The translations under genes and the position numbers were made by a program. The notes under the pieces are model-generated. The model did no database searches, was not told the origin of the DNA, and was given only the letters and a program-made list of their open reading frames with translations. From Camelus dromedarius (Eukaryota), in the NCBI RefSeq assembly GCF_036321535.1, contig NC_087436.1, positions 43,712,001 through 43,776,000 of the forward strand: DNA of 64,000 nt, given 5' to 3'. Shown here one piece after another: positions 51,301 to 64,000 of this stretch. Position 1 is the stretch's first letter; every line of letters begins with the position of its first letter.

Positions 51301-54300
51301 AAATAACACCTTTGTTTCCAAATCCAAGCCATTGCTTACACTGTTTCTCTTGCTAGTAATGCCTTTTCTCTATGTATTCAAATTCTGACTGTCAGGGTTA
51401 TTCATCTTTAATTAAGTCATCATTCAACACACATATTTCTCTTATGTACTGGGAAAATTCAACTAAGATAATTTGGAAGCAATGTAGAAGAGCAGTTAAA
51501 TGTCAAATAGACGTTAGCCTGAATCCTGCTCTTCACTTATCAGATGTTAATTAATCCATTCACTGTCCAATGTGATTCTTGGTAAGAAATCTGATTAAGG
51601 CACTACTCAGTACCCAACCCGCAGCCCTAAGGAAACATTTAGTCTACTTATTATCTCTACACATTTGCATATTCTGGCCTTTTCATATGGATGGGGTTAT
51701 GGAATAAGTGGTCTTTAGTGAATGACTTTTTTAGCATGTTTTCAAGGTTCATCCATGTTGAAGGATGTATCAATACTTCATCCCTTTTTATTGCTGAACT
51801 AATATTCGATTGTATGGATGTATCACATCTTGTTTATCCATTGGTGATTAACTTTTGAGTTGTTTTTACTTTTTGGTATTATGAATAATGCTGCTGCGAA
51901 CATTTGTTTGCAAGTTTTTGGGAAGACATGTTTTCATTTCTCTGTATGTATACCTAGGGGTGGAATTGCTGGATCATTTGGGAACTCTGTTTATCTTTTA
52001 AAGAACTGCCAACAGTTTTTCAAAGTGATGGAAACTAATATTTAAGGGACTAGTGGAGAAACCACTATGAAAAATGGCTAGAGAGACCCAAGGAGAAAGC
52101 CAGAAAATGATAATCACTTTAGCTTCTATTTTCTCCCATATCCCTCACATTCAACAAGTTTTATTCATTAAACTTCTTAAACAATTGTCATATCCCAGTG
52201 CTGATGACTTATTTCAAGCACTAAGTATCTCCTCGATCCTCCATACCATGCTGGTACAGTTATCTCTTTACTGATGATCTTTTTTCTTCATACTATTTCA
52301 TATGTATTGATTTTTTGTTTTTGTTTTTGAGCTCATTCCAGTTCTGTTTTCTCCACAATCCCATCCCAAGATTCTCCTGGTAGGGATTAAGTTCTTGAAT
52401 TTCTTGTATGTATGCTTTTGCTCTCTTGCACACAGTGAATGGATATTTAGTAAACATTTGCGATAGATGCACTTTCTAATCCAAGTTAACAAAGGGGGTA
52501 ATCCTTTCGTTACATGATTTACTTGTATAACACTTTCTGATTTGCTTTTGAAGATGTTTAAGAAAAAAAGATGTCTCTTTTTTTAAAAACATTTTTAACG
52601 TTTGTTTTGTCTTAATACAGGCAATTTTATATGATGACAAAGGACAGTGTTTGGAGAGTATATTTCTTAAGTGCCCTGAGGTATTTTAATGTACCTATCT
52701 TTTAAGTTACTGTTAAAAAATCTTATTTCCTTTATAAATATTGTTAAGTAGTATAGTAATAATGGTACTAATACTAATAATTATAGCTATTAAGTATTGA
52801 ACATTTATTATTAGCCAGACTCTGCTAAAAGCTTTTAGATCTTGTTTTATTTAATGTTTATAAACCCTGTGATTTTTGTAGACTAGGAGTGTAGTACAAA
52901 AGGTTAAGTAACTTGCCCAGGTTCAGAGTTATAGTGGTAGGGCTGGGATTTGAACCCAGAAAGTATCCAACTCTATTATGTGGTTTTGATAAGGAGAGAA
53001 CTACAGTGGGATATATTTTGTGAAATTATCCTATTTAAAATATTTTCTCAAATAGCCTATTTTCCTTTGTTGGAAAAGGAAGGAAACGGAACTAAAGGGA
53101 ACTAAAGGTATAAAGAATAAGAATATTAGAGTTGTTTGTTCTGGTTTCATTTCCCACTTTCACATACTTCCTACCTATCCTAACCTTTCTGTATTTAACT
53201 TACACACTGTAAAATGTAGACTTTAGCCAGACTTTACTGGGTTAGTCTGACAATTATAAATAGCTTATGTTAAGTGCCTAGCAGTTTAGTACGGTGATGC
53301 TAAAAGTATTAAAATGCGTATTTCTATTATCATTGTGTTGATTTTGGCCATGTTACTTAATCTATTTAAAAATTTTATATGACATGAATAGTGGTTGTGG
53401 AATTTTTATACTTATTGAAAGAGGGTCTATGAGAAATGCTATTTTATTTGATGCTTATTTAGTGGTAACAACTGCTGTTATTATTTTGTTTAAAATTATT
53501 CATGAGTAAAGATTAAGTATTTTATCTATGATAATACACAGATTTTGTGTTGTAAACTAGATTGATAATCTTATTTTTATGCTACAGTCAGGAAGGTGGC
53601 AAGTACTATATTTTGTTTTTTAAGGTGATTAAAAATGCTTTTTTTGGATATGATTATTTAAGTAACAATTTATAATACTTTAGTGATAATTATGAGCATG
53701 TATCCAATTCACATTAATTTATAAAAATATATAACTTATTATTTAATAGCTTTAATTTTTAAAAATTACATTTAGTTTTATGGATTCTAAATGAAGTCCT
53801 TGAGAGGAGACATATTTTTCTTGCTTGTCTTTGTATCCCCCATGTATAACAAAAGTCCTCGTATACATCCCTAATGTGTATTGATGAATAAACAAATTAG
53901 TGACTTTTTTGTTGTTGTATTACTTTTTTTGTGCTTGTTGATAGTTAACTAGTGCATAGTAATAAAATTCATTCAACAACTATTTATTGAATATCCATTA
54001 TGTCCTTGCTTGTGCCAGTAGCTTATTAGAACACATAGATAATCAGATAATTAGATGTATATGATTCTGACATTTATTCTTTAAAATTTAGGTGAAACCT
54101 GGAGATGATTTAGAAAGTGATCGTTACTTAATCACAGTCGAAGAGGTTAAAGTTGCTGGAAGCATAGATATTAAACAGGATGTTAGTAAAGAAGCACCAG
54201 CGGTAAATTCAAAGAGGTTTTTATCTTCTGGCCAGTCCCTTGGATGTCAGCCTTCTGGTTTGAAAAGGAAGTTTACTGTAAGTTTCTCTGTTGAAAATAA

Positions 54301-57300
54301 TAAATCAATGTATGTTTACAAAATTGTTTAAAGAAGTAGTGAATTTTGAAGGTTCTGTGTTGTGTTATTAAAACAGTATTTTGTAGTATATGGTTAGCTA
54401 GAAAGGAAGAAAAACCTAATTAGAATAATCTTAATACAGATGAGTGTTTGCATTTTAACTTAGTAAATTTTATATTTTAATTATTACTTTACCTTGTGAA
54501 ACGTACACTTTTTTATTTAGTTCTTTTCACATTTTCTTTGTAGTTTATGAAATAGCTAATAACTGTTTAATATTTTTAGGGTTTTCAAGGACCACATCAA
54601 GTGCCAAAGAAAATGGTTATTTCAGAAAATGGTGAATCAGCTGCTTTACTTGAGGCTAAGAAACCTGGCCCTATTTTTCTTTCTCCATTCTACAGTACAC
54701 CTCCTTTGTTTTCTACTGTTGGCAAGGAAGATATAAATAATATGACAACAGACCATGGGAACATTGTCTCTTATAAGAACAGAGAAAGAAATGGCATACC
54801 TTTTTCTTCTGTTGTCTCTACACCATCCTTTGAGATTAACCCAGAAATGCTATGTGAAGAAAATTATCTTTGTTCTCCTGTCAGTTCTGTAAATAAGCAT
54901 TCAGATTCTTTACTGACCAACGAGCCCATGAAAAGAGAGAGTTTGGTATCTCACTATTCAGGAGTTTCACAAAACATTAGAAGCAAAGCCCAGATATTAG
55001 CTCTGTTGAAGTCCAAGCCAATTAGTACGTCTAAGGAACTAAATTCTGAGATTACAAGACATTTCCCTCAGATAAAACCACAAGGAAGTTTAAAAATTCC
55101 TACTAAGTCAGAGTGCTTAATTGAACAGGAAGAGGATGCTGAGGTGAAAAGCACAGAAAGTTTATACCACCACTATCAATCAGAAAATGCCATGAGAAAT
55201 AAAAGCCGGTGGGCCATATATTTATCTTCACAGAGTTCAACTATGCATTCTTCTTCAGTAGAAGGGAATGATACAGAAAAAAACCCGGAGGCCCAGGGAG
55301 GTAATATAAATTTAAATTCGAAAGACCTTTTTGTGCAAAAAAGGATACAGTTCTTTGAAACAAGTGCTGAAAAGGGAAAAAAGTATAATGAAGACAAGCC
55401 AGTAGATGATAATGATCAACCCTGGGATCAAGAAGTAAAATTAGAAACTCCTTCATTCTGTGAAAGCTGCAATTTACCAGTTACCTGTAGCAATGTAGAA
55501 AATGATGGCTTATTAGAATCTGACGTTCCAGAAAATAATAAAATGCCTGTTAATCACAAGTACCAGATGGATATAAAAGAATCAATTCTCAGAGAAAAGG
55601 CTCAGGAGATAAATATACATGGAACACCAGAAAGGGCATATAAACATCTACAAATTGAATCTAGTAACAATTCTGGGATCTCTGATGACATTACTGATAC
55701 GTTTTCTAAAAGTAATACTGATAATGAAAACCTTAGTAGTATTCATGAACCTGTGAATAATGTAGCACAACCACTTGTGGAGGTAACTTTTAATCTGAAC
55801 AATTTTGAAACCAGTGACACTGAGGAGGAGTCACAGGAAAGCAATAAAATCTCCCAGGATTCAGAGGGTTGGGTAAAGGAAACTTTGGTTCATGACAGCA
55901 TTTCAAGATGTGAGAATGTAAGCGGTAACAAAGTTGACAGTGAACACTTGCCTCTCTCAGTGCCTATTGGGGGCAAACTTTCAGAGACATTTCCTATGAA
56001 AGAGATTCTACCATCACAGTTTTGTGATAAAACTTGTGTAGGCTTTGACATGGGACCTTGGAAAGCTGGAAACACTGGAAAAGAAATAAAAGAAGAGTGT
56101 AATGACACATTAAGCTATTTTGACTCATCTTTCGAGTGGACTGATGATGTATGCATAGGTAATAATGAAGACACTAGTGAATCTATCCAAAAAGTCAGAG
56201 TTAACTATGATTTTGCTTCACACCCAAATAAATCTATAGGTATAAACACAGATTTACATAGTCCTCAGTTTTTAAACATATCCAGTAATCAGAATCCTGA
56301 AAACAGCCTGTTTTCAGAAAAGGCTCAGCCTCAGCCTTTTTTTGTGGGAAGTGACTTAGACAAAAATACTGAACAGGTTTTACCATTAACCTCTAGCAGT
56401 GACAACAGTATCCGACTATTAAATGCGAATCAGAATCACTCTGAAGAATGTATTGCACTTGGTAAATCACATAGTCACGTTTCCAATTCTTCGTTTTATC
56501 CTCTGGGGAAAAAGCATCCTATTTCCAAAGACACAGAAGCACATGTTCCTGAATCTGAAGATTTGGGAAGGAGTAGAGGTTTACAGCAGGATGCTACTGA
56601 AGTGGGAACTGTTGGAGAAGGCAAACAATATGGGAATAATCCTAGAAATTCTTCAGAACTTTCTGGATTAGTAAATAACATTTTCCTATTAAAATCATTG
56701 TCTGAACACAGTACGGCTTTAGAAGGCTTGGAAATACTGAAAAGGAAAAATAACTCCTTTAAACAACAAGGAACCCAGCAGACATATGAGCCAGGTAGCA
56801 ATCCTGAAGGTTAAAATGGCATGTCTGTTTCGGATTGTTCTCTTTATAGTTCAGAGGATAAGAAGATAGATACTTGGTCTGGAGGCTACATTGAAGAATT
56901 ACATAGTATTTAATATTTAAATAGGCAATACATATACTTGGTAAAACCAATTCTAATAGAGGATACTGTAGTGAAAAGTAAGTCTCCTTCCTACCACAGT
57001 TCTTTAGTCTACTCATAATTAGCCACGCTCTGCCTCCAGGGTATCCTTCCAAAATATGTTGAGCGTATGTATATAGGCACATATAAGTGAATATATATAT
57101 ATATGTATGTATGTGGTTGTGTGTGTGTGTGTGTGATAATTCATGATATGATACATTTTTGTACATGTGCCAGGAGATAACTTTTTTAAGAAAAAAATCA
57201 TAATTTCATACTGGTATCTCTCATGTCAATTCTTAACCGCAGGGTTCCTCTTTCCTTCATTCCATTAATTGTGTTTCTTTAGTCTTACAGTGGAAAGAGC

Positions 57301-60300
57301 CCTGGGGCCCAACATCAGTGTATTTACTACCTCAATTCTACAGTGCACACCAAATGGTTTCCAGGTTGTTAAACCATTATCACTAGTAGCAAAAACCAAA
57401 TTTCCTTGGAGTTTTGTTTTTCTTTGTTTTGGGTTTTGTTTTTGTTTTTCATTTTTGGAATTTTTTTTTTTTGCTTTGGTTTTTTTTTTTTTTTTTTTTG
57501 GCAGGGGGAGGGGGTTTGTTTTTAAGAGTATGCCCTGAGACTACAGAGTTGGATTATTATGTTCCAAAGTTACTGAGTTACCTTTTATCTCTTGGTATGA
57601 TTATGTTACCATTTTATATAAACATAGTTAAGTTCGTTGTTTAGTTTATATTCCATGAGGGCTTTTTTGCCATCCTTGTCGATTTGTTTTTCTCGGATTC
57701 CTTCCTTATGTCTTTTATCCTATCACTGCCAACCTGCTGTAGGCAACCAATATATCATACCTGTGATTTGCAGGGGATGGTTTTCTAAAAAATAAGCAGC
57801 TCCATATATAAATTCTTTCTCCTCATTCAACGTAAGTTATCATATTCTATATATTCTTTAGCACCGTGCTTCTTTTTGCCTAATATATCCTGGAAATCAC
57901 TTCATATCAATTCATATGACTTACCTTCATTTTGTTTGTTTTTAGCCATATAATTTTATTGTGTCGATGAACCATCATTTATGCAACGAGTCTCCAATAT
58001 TTTGCTATTGCAAATGTCACAAAAGTAACCTTATATATCTGTATTTATGTAACTATATGGGCTTTTTGCATGTTGTTGGAGGTGTGTCTTCAGGGCAAAT
58101 TCCTAGCAGTAGGGTTGTTAGATAAATGTATGTCTTTGTTAGATACTTCAAAATTCCCTCGAAGGAATCATACCATTTCTCACTCTCACCAGTAACATGC
58201 GAGAATGCCTGTTTCTTTATAGCATTGCCAATCAAGTGTGTTGCCAAGCTTTTGAATTTTTACCAATCTAATAGGTGAGAAATGAGAGTGTATTTTAAGT
58301 TTGTATTTCTATTACTACAAGTGAAATTGAGCTTTTCATATGCTTCAGCATCATTGGTTCTTTTTTGTGAACTGTCTGCTCTACCCTTTTGTCCAGTGTT
58401 TTAATGGTTGTTGATCTTTTTGTTCTCTTTGATTTGTAAGGGTTCTTTATAGGTTAGAGATATCAACCCTTTTTCTATAGTACCTGTTGCAGATATTTTC
58501 TTTCAGTATGTCATTGATTGGTATTTTGACTTGGCTTATAGTATGTTGCCAACAGCATTTTTTAAAGAAAGATAGTATTATAGAACATTTTAGTAAATAT
58601 GATGTATATATGAATCTGAATGAACAAGTTACTTTATGATACTCAAAGGTTAAAACTGAACTCTTATTTGAATATCTCAAGGAATCCCTGAGGAAAAATA
58701 GGAGTAAATTATTATACCTAGCAAAATGTTTCTTTAAAATGTAGTTAGATTTGATGATGATTGTTAGTTTATTTTCTAAAAAGCTAAAAATAAGAAACTT
58801 TTGAAAAATATATGTGGGTAGATGTGGTAATGAAATGTCATATAAGGATATGAATTCCTAATATGAAGATTTAGAAATTATAGAATTTAGTTTTGGGAAA
58901 TTTACTCTTTTCTCATTAAGTTGGAAAAGGGGATTACAGTTGATTCTCATTATTTGTGGTGGTTATGTTCTATAAAGTCACCAAACGGAATTAGTGAACA
59001 ATGAGCCATTGCTTTTAGGAGAAATGCAGGGTTAGTTTCCTTCAAATCTCTGGTTAGAACATTTTTGTCAATTATCAATGCCAAACCTTGTTTTATGTGT
59101 TTCCATTTAAAGACACCTTATTTAATATATATTGTTTTCTTCTTCTTCTTTTTTTAATGACAAGGAGGTAATTAGGTTTGCTTGTTTGTTTATGTATTTA
59201 TTTATATTTGGAGGATTTACTGGGAGTTGAACCCAGGACCTCATGCATGCTAAGTATGCGCTCTACCACTTGAGCTATACCCTTCCCTCTATATTGTTGA
59301 TTAACTTTGAACTCGTGACCAACAACACTATAACTCATGCCTAAATGAAACTTATCACATGTTTTCTGCACAGGAAACATCACAGCCTTCTTGCACTTAG
59401 AAACACTAGGCAGCACTATGCTTAGGGAACATTTTAGATAGCAAAGTCACCAACAAAAAGCCCCAAAATGTGAAAAATGTACAAAATAGACCATAAAAAG
59501 GACACTTGTTTATAGTGTAAGAGCTGAAATTAGAAGGCAGAATGTTGCCTTGTTCTACCTCAGCTGGGAATGCACACATCGAGCAACTCATTTTTTTTGT
59601 AGCTCTGCATGTCTGCAAATGACCTCAGAAACACTGAGTATTGATTTGGGGGTTACAAGTAAATTTTAGCAAGTAGGCGGAATCTGTGAATAAGGAGGAT
59701 TGACTCTATTTTCTGATATATTTCTCTAAAAATGATTAAATTGGTTTTCTCGAGACAGTTTGAGAAAATGGAATTTTTTATTGGAATATAACAAATAACT
59801 TCATGGAGCTTAATACAGAATTATAGGAAAATTAGTTTTACCACCATTTAGGATACGTGAAAGTGTTTTAAAAAAATTTTTCTCAAGTAGAAGTTTTTGT
59901 GAGATGATTAAATATATTTTAGAAATGTTAATTTAGAATTTTATTCTTGAGTGGAAGCAGTAAAGGAAAACACAATTTTCATCCAGTGCCTTTTTAAAGC
60001 CCTTTTTCTAAATAACCTCAAGTTCCAAAATCCACTTTTTTTGTTGTTGTATTTAATTTATTCTGGGTTTTTACAAGAAAATAATGAAACTAAAAATAAC
60101 AACTGGAAAAAATGTTTTTAGATATAGCTAAATGTCTAAAAATATAGCTGTTTTTTAAAGAGTAATAACCACTTTAAAATTATAGTCTTACTGGTGACTT
60201 TAGAAGAAATTAGAGTATTGAATTGAATTTCTATTAAGAAAAAAACTCTCCTTTTAAATGGATACCTGATAAGGTGGTATGTGGTCTAGCCACCTTGTCC

Positions 60301-62474
60301 TTTCCACTCTGCAGGCTTGCCAGCTTTTTTGTCTCAGTCTTTAGACTTGTTCTGCTTTTCTCCTGAACACCTAACACTTTTACCCCTCATATAGCTGTTT
60401 TTCTCATGTCTTCAGGTCTCAGCATAAATGTTAACTTCCTATGAGCGGTCTCTCCGGATCATCCTAAAGTTACTTTCCGTTGTATCACCCTGTGTTATGA
60501 AATCCTGTTGTATCACAATCTGGATTTGTTTATCTTCTGTGTCTCTCTCTTCAAGGGATCTTGTTTGTTTTGTTCACTGCTGTTTTCCCAGTCCTTGGCA
60601 TACTGTACTTAGAAAATAGTTTAAGTTATATTCCATGTTTCTTTCCATTTTAGAAATAAGTTAAAATTTTTAGAGCACTGCTGTATGTTTGATAAATAAG
60701 ATCATTGGATTTTGTCCATTATAGCTAGGAAACCATTGACTACAGTAGTGTCACAAGCTATACCAAAGTCTCCTTATCTGAACCAGGATCCTCAACAGGT
60801 ACATTTTTTTTCTGTCAATACATTTTTTATTTTGATATAGAATGTTCTGTAGTTTGTGATGAGATTATAGAAATACAGAGGGTCTGAAGCTATCTTGGTT
60901 CATGACCTGCCCTGTATTTCAGTAATTTTTTTTTATTGCATTCCTTGGCCAAAAGAAATCTCACAGTTCCATTTATTTAATTAGTAGAATTAGAAACTTA
61001 AGTATCATGTCCTAGTAACTTGGTAAGTTTTTTTTTTTTTTCAGTTTTATTGTGATATAGCATTGTATTAGTTTAAGATGTACAACATAATGATTTGATA
61101 TATGCATAAATTGTGAAACGATTACCATAAGCATTTTATTTTTGAATAAACACAGTAATGGAATCTGTGCACTTGTTGGGCACTGTGCAACTTCTCAAAA
61201 CTTGGAAAATAGATTCAGTTTCCTGGTCCACATTGATTTTTTTTCTTTTTTCTTCCTTTTTTTTTTTTTATCATTTTTTGGGAGGAGGTAATTATGTTTA
61301 TTTGTTTATTTTTAATGGAGGTACCGGGGATTGAACCAGGGACCTCGTGTATGTTAAGCGTGCACTCTACCACTGAGCTATAACCCTCACCCCCCGATTT
61401 TTGCATGGTAATTGATTTTTATCATAGCAGTTTCCTAAAACCCAGCTTCACAAGGATGTGATGTCACTAGAAGAAGTACACGAGATCCACTGTTGAAACT
61501 GAGCTACCTTGAGTTAGTAGTTTGTTCATTTTCTGACAGATGTCTAATGAAACTGTATTTCCCTCAAATTTAAAATATCTTGTGGAATCCCCATTGAGTT
61601 CACTGTGGCACCCAAAAGTACCTCGTTACACCAGTTTGAGAACCATGGAAATAATATAGAAAGTAATAGTACTAATTATGATGAATTGGAATTCTAGAAC
61701 AGATTATCTAGGTTAGCGTTTCTCACTCAATAAAGATGCTTTTAGGACTTTGGGAGGGACAATTCTTTCATTGTTTTGTTTACCCCCAGTTTGTATCATG
61801 CTCTTATTTTCCATGGTACTGGTCATTTTTTTTTTAATAATATAAATTTTCTCCTCCTTTTTTAAATATAGAAAAAAGTAAAGAAAAAAATAAAACCTAC
61901 CATACCACCCAGAGATAATTATTATTAACATTTCCAGCCTTTTTTTGGTATAAAGATAGGATTCGATTGATGGGTACAGATAGTTTTATGTCCTTTCTTC
62001 TTAGCACCACTGTATTTTCTCACATTATTAAAAACTCTTAAACATACCTTTAAAAAGTTACTTATCATTCCATCCTGTGGATATCCTACGCTTTGGACAA
62101 ACACTTCCCTATCTTGGGCATTCAGAGTATTTCCAACTGACAACTTGAAAGGCCAAGAACAAGTTTCTTAGATTCTTGATACAACTCAAATCGAAATATC
62201 TTACTGTTTTACGTATGAATATTTGTTTCACTTCATAGTCACTAGTACTAAGATCTTTTAAAATTCTTGCTAAGTAAAATTAGTGTTTAATCAACACTTA
62301 GTTTTTATTGTTTTGATTATTATTAATGGTGTTATATTTCTTATGTCTAATAGAAATTTATATTTTATTTTCTAACTTACTATTACCTTTTGGCTTATCT
62401 TATATTACCATTCTATTCCTAAGATGATAAAAGAAAATGAAGTTGAACCGAGTGAATCACTTCAGTCTTTGCAG
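48356..62474 (+). CDS. ZGRF1: ZGRF1 (GRF zinc finger DNA-repair helicase, C4orf21), 5' part only: seven coding exons, gene continues beyond the window
   Basis: Spliced translation MEHQEFI-VLYTHQKMKKSKVWQDGILKITHLGNK-AILYDDKG...-VKPGDDLESDRYLITVEE (DUF2439 N-terminus). Introns GT-AG and phase-consistent; known head-to-head synteny with LARP7. Confidence 0.97.
48706..49237 (-). mobile_element. Charlie1-like hAT DNA transposon derivative
   Basis: TTAATAGAAGACAGCTAGATTCTC...CTGCTTCTGCATTTAATCTG; ends in TTGAGAACTG. Confidence 0.65.
49530..49610 (+). CDS. ZGRF1: ZGRF1 coding exon 2
   Basis: VLYTHQKMKKSKVWQDGILKITHLGNK; aag / gtaagt. Confidence 0.96.
52621..52680 (+). CDS. ZGRF1: ZGRF1 coding exon 3
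   Basis: AILYDDKGQCLESIFLKCPE; tacag / gtattt. Confidence 0.95.
54092..54277 (+). CDS. ZGRF1: ZGRF1 coding exon 4
   Basis: VKPGDDLESDRYLITVEEV...GCQPSGLKRKFT; tttag / gtaagt. Confidence 0.96.
54580..56809 (+). CDS. ZGRF1: ZGRF1 coding exon 5 (2,230-nt internal exon)
   Basis: GFQGPHQVPKKMVI...NIRSKAQILALLKS...TYEPGSNPE; ttttag / gttaaa; corresponds to the 737-aa ORF in the track. Confidence 0.96.
58937..59706 (+). mobile_element. TcMar-Tigger non-autonomous element (MER82-like)
   Basis: TA|CAGTTGATTCTCATTATTTG ... GAATAAGGAGGATTGACTC|TA; degenerate terminal inverted repeats with TA target duplication. Confidence 0.72.
59140..59289 (-). mobile_element. tRNA-derived SINE nested in a Tigger-type element
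   Basis: Reverse copy with tatattgtt on both sides. Confidence 0.83.
60725..60798 (+). CDS. ZGRF1: ZGRF1 coding exon 6
   Basis: (A)RKPLTTVVSQAIPKSPYLNQDPQQ; tatag / gtacat; phase 1 in, phase 0 out. Confidence 0.88.
61237..61395 (-). mobile_element. tRNA-derived SINE, same family
   Basis: Reverse copy with intact B box (GGTTCAATCCC) and long T tail. Confidence 0.85.
62424..62474 (+). CDS. ZGRF1: ZGRF1 coding exon 7
   Basis: MIKENEVEPSESLQSLQ; cctaag / gtaagt. Confidence 0.88.
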
Positions 62475-64000
62475 GTAAGTTACCTTTAAAATGTAAAGTA
62501 GGCAGAAATTGTACTTATTTATATAGTTATGGCATGTAATTTTTTATTTGTATTTTATATTGCCAGTTTTCAAACTTATTTGTAATTAGTTACCCTCTTA
62601 TATATATTTAGATGAGCCTGCTGTCTTGTATAAATGTCCTTTGTTGTCAGTTGGATTTGGTTAAATAACAAATCGTTTGTCATAAAACTAATTTTGCAAA
62701 CTTGCAAGTGTTACCTAATGGAAGAATCGACATCGACAATTACAGCTACATCTGCAGTCTCTGTTGTCTAAAACAGCACAAAACAAACAAAATCTATTGT
62801 GGTGACTCAACCATTTTCACCCTTATGTAACAAGATCAAATATATAAAATAATAAACACTCAGCAGCTGCATAATTTAGCTTACAAATGATCACATTTTA
62901 ATGTTTTTTTTTATCACTTAAAAAAATATGGTTTAAACTTTTTCAAGGATAGTTGTCACAAGGTATAAACGCAAATTAATACTGTCACTGTTTTTCCCTC
63001 TAGGATGAGTTGCCATTTAAAATAAATTTATTTTTAAAACAAAGTATTTTATAGTCTCACAGTAATGAAAAAGCTCTTACAGTCTTCTGCAAAAAAAATT
63101 TAAATCTTTTTAGCATTAATATAGGAGTACATTTGTATTTTTGTAATAATTTTCTTGCTACAACTCTGAAACAATCTCTTCATGGACACTAGTAATAGAA
63201 GGAACTTAACAAAACTTAAAATTAGGGTACTCTTTGAGGATATACTTAATGCCACCTTTGCCTTAGTTCTATAAGTGTAATTAGCTACACATAGCAAAGG
63301 AGTTAGAGGATACTATGCTAATTATTTTTAAAACTCACTGTATTAAAAAATGCTAGTTCTAAAATATAAGTTGAATGTTTTAAAAGCTACTTGATTGGCA
63401 GTTGTGCTTATATATAATGTTATAAAAGAAAATGACCATTGTTTGAAGAAATACATTATTTTACCTCCTCTGTCTATTGAGAACAATTTTTCCCCTCCAT
63501 ATTTCTTAAACATAAAATTAGTACTTCTATAGTTGAGTTCATTTTCTAAGTCTGTAATTCATATTAGAAATTATGGCTATTTTATCTAATTACTTGATGA
63601 ACTAAAAATAATTAATTGCTGTTGTCTATATCTTGTGTTTTATGGTTGCTAGGTGGTTCATTCTTTAAATTATTACACTTTTTATAATTTTTCCTTCTTT
63701 AATTTCACACAGATTTTTGAATTAAATAATCAGTGTTAACATAAATATTAGTATGGGAATTATAACATACCCATTCATTTTTTTCTAGTGTTAAAATAAT
63801 TCAATTAAAAGTTTAGAATTTGAATTTTCAATATTCTGAGTTTTAGAATTAATTAGTATAGTACTTTTTCTATAGAGTTCTCCTTTGCCAGGGGTAACTT
63901 GTAGGTCTGTATAGAGAAGCAAGATGGAGATGACATGTGTATTTTCAAAGGACAAACTTTAAGTCTGGGGAGTATTTTCCCATTAAACTCATAAACCACC

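Noticed and set aside
63700..64000. Candidate next ZGRF1 exon after acceptor-like sites at ~63712, ~63875 and ~63904
   Set aside because: The in-phase readings hit stops quickly and do not match the ZGRF1 continuation as I recall it.

Overview
AT-rich mammalian genomic DNA, not prokaryotic. The many young tRNA-derived SINEs and L1 3' ends suggest a cetartiodactyl, probably a camelid (inference). The window holds the complete LARP7 gene on the minus strand (12 coding exons, 38913->27125, 1,746 nt = 581 aa plus stop). The miR-302b/c/a/d-miR-367 pluripotency cluster lies on the plus strand inside LARP7 intron 8, with its own TATA and SOX/OCT-like promoter. A CpG-island bidirectional promoter (~44.5-45.3 kb) is shared with ZGRF1, whose first seven coding exons follow on the plus strand (48356->62474; the gene continues past the window). 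The left 26 kb has no intact gene and is rich in repeats. It does contain a chain of minus-strand, exon-shaped, splice-phase-compatible segments with in-frame stops, which may be a decayed multi-exon gene just downstream of LARP7. That is the main unexplained signal, and it is a hypothesis. Most short ORFs in the supplied track are spurious. Comparisons with human sequences and repeat consensuses are from memory, not from alignments.
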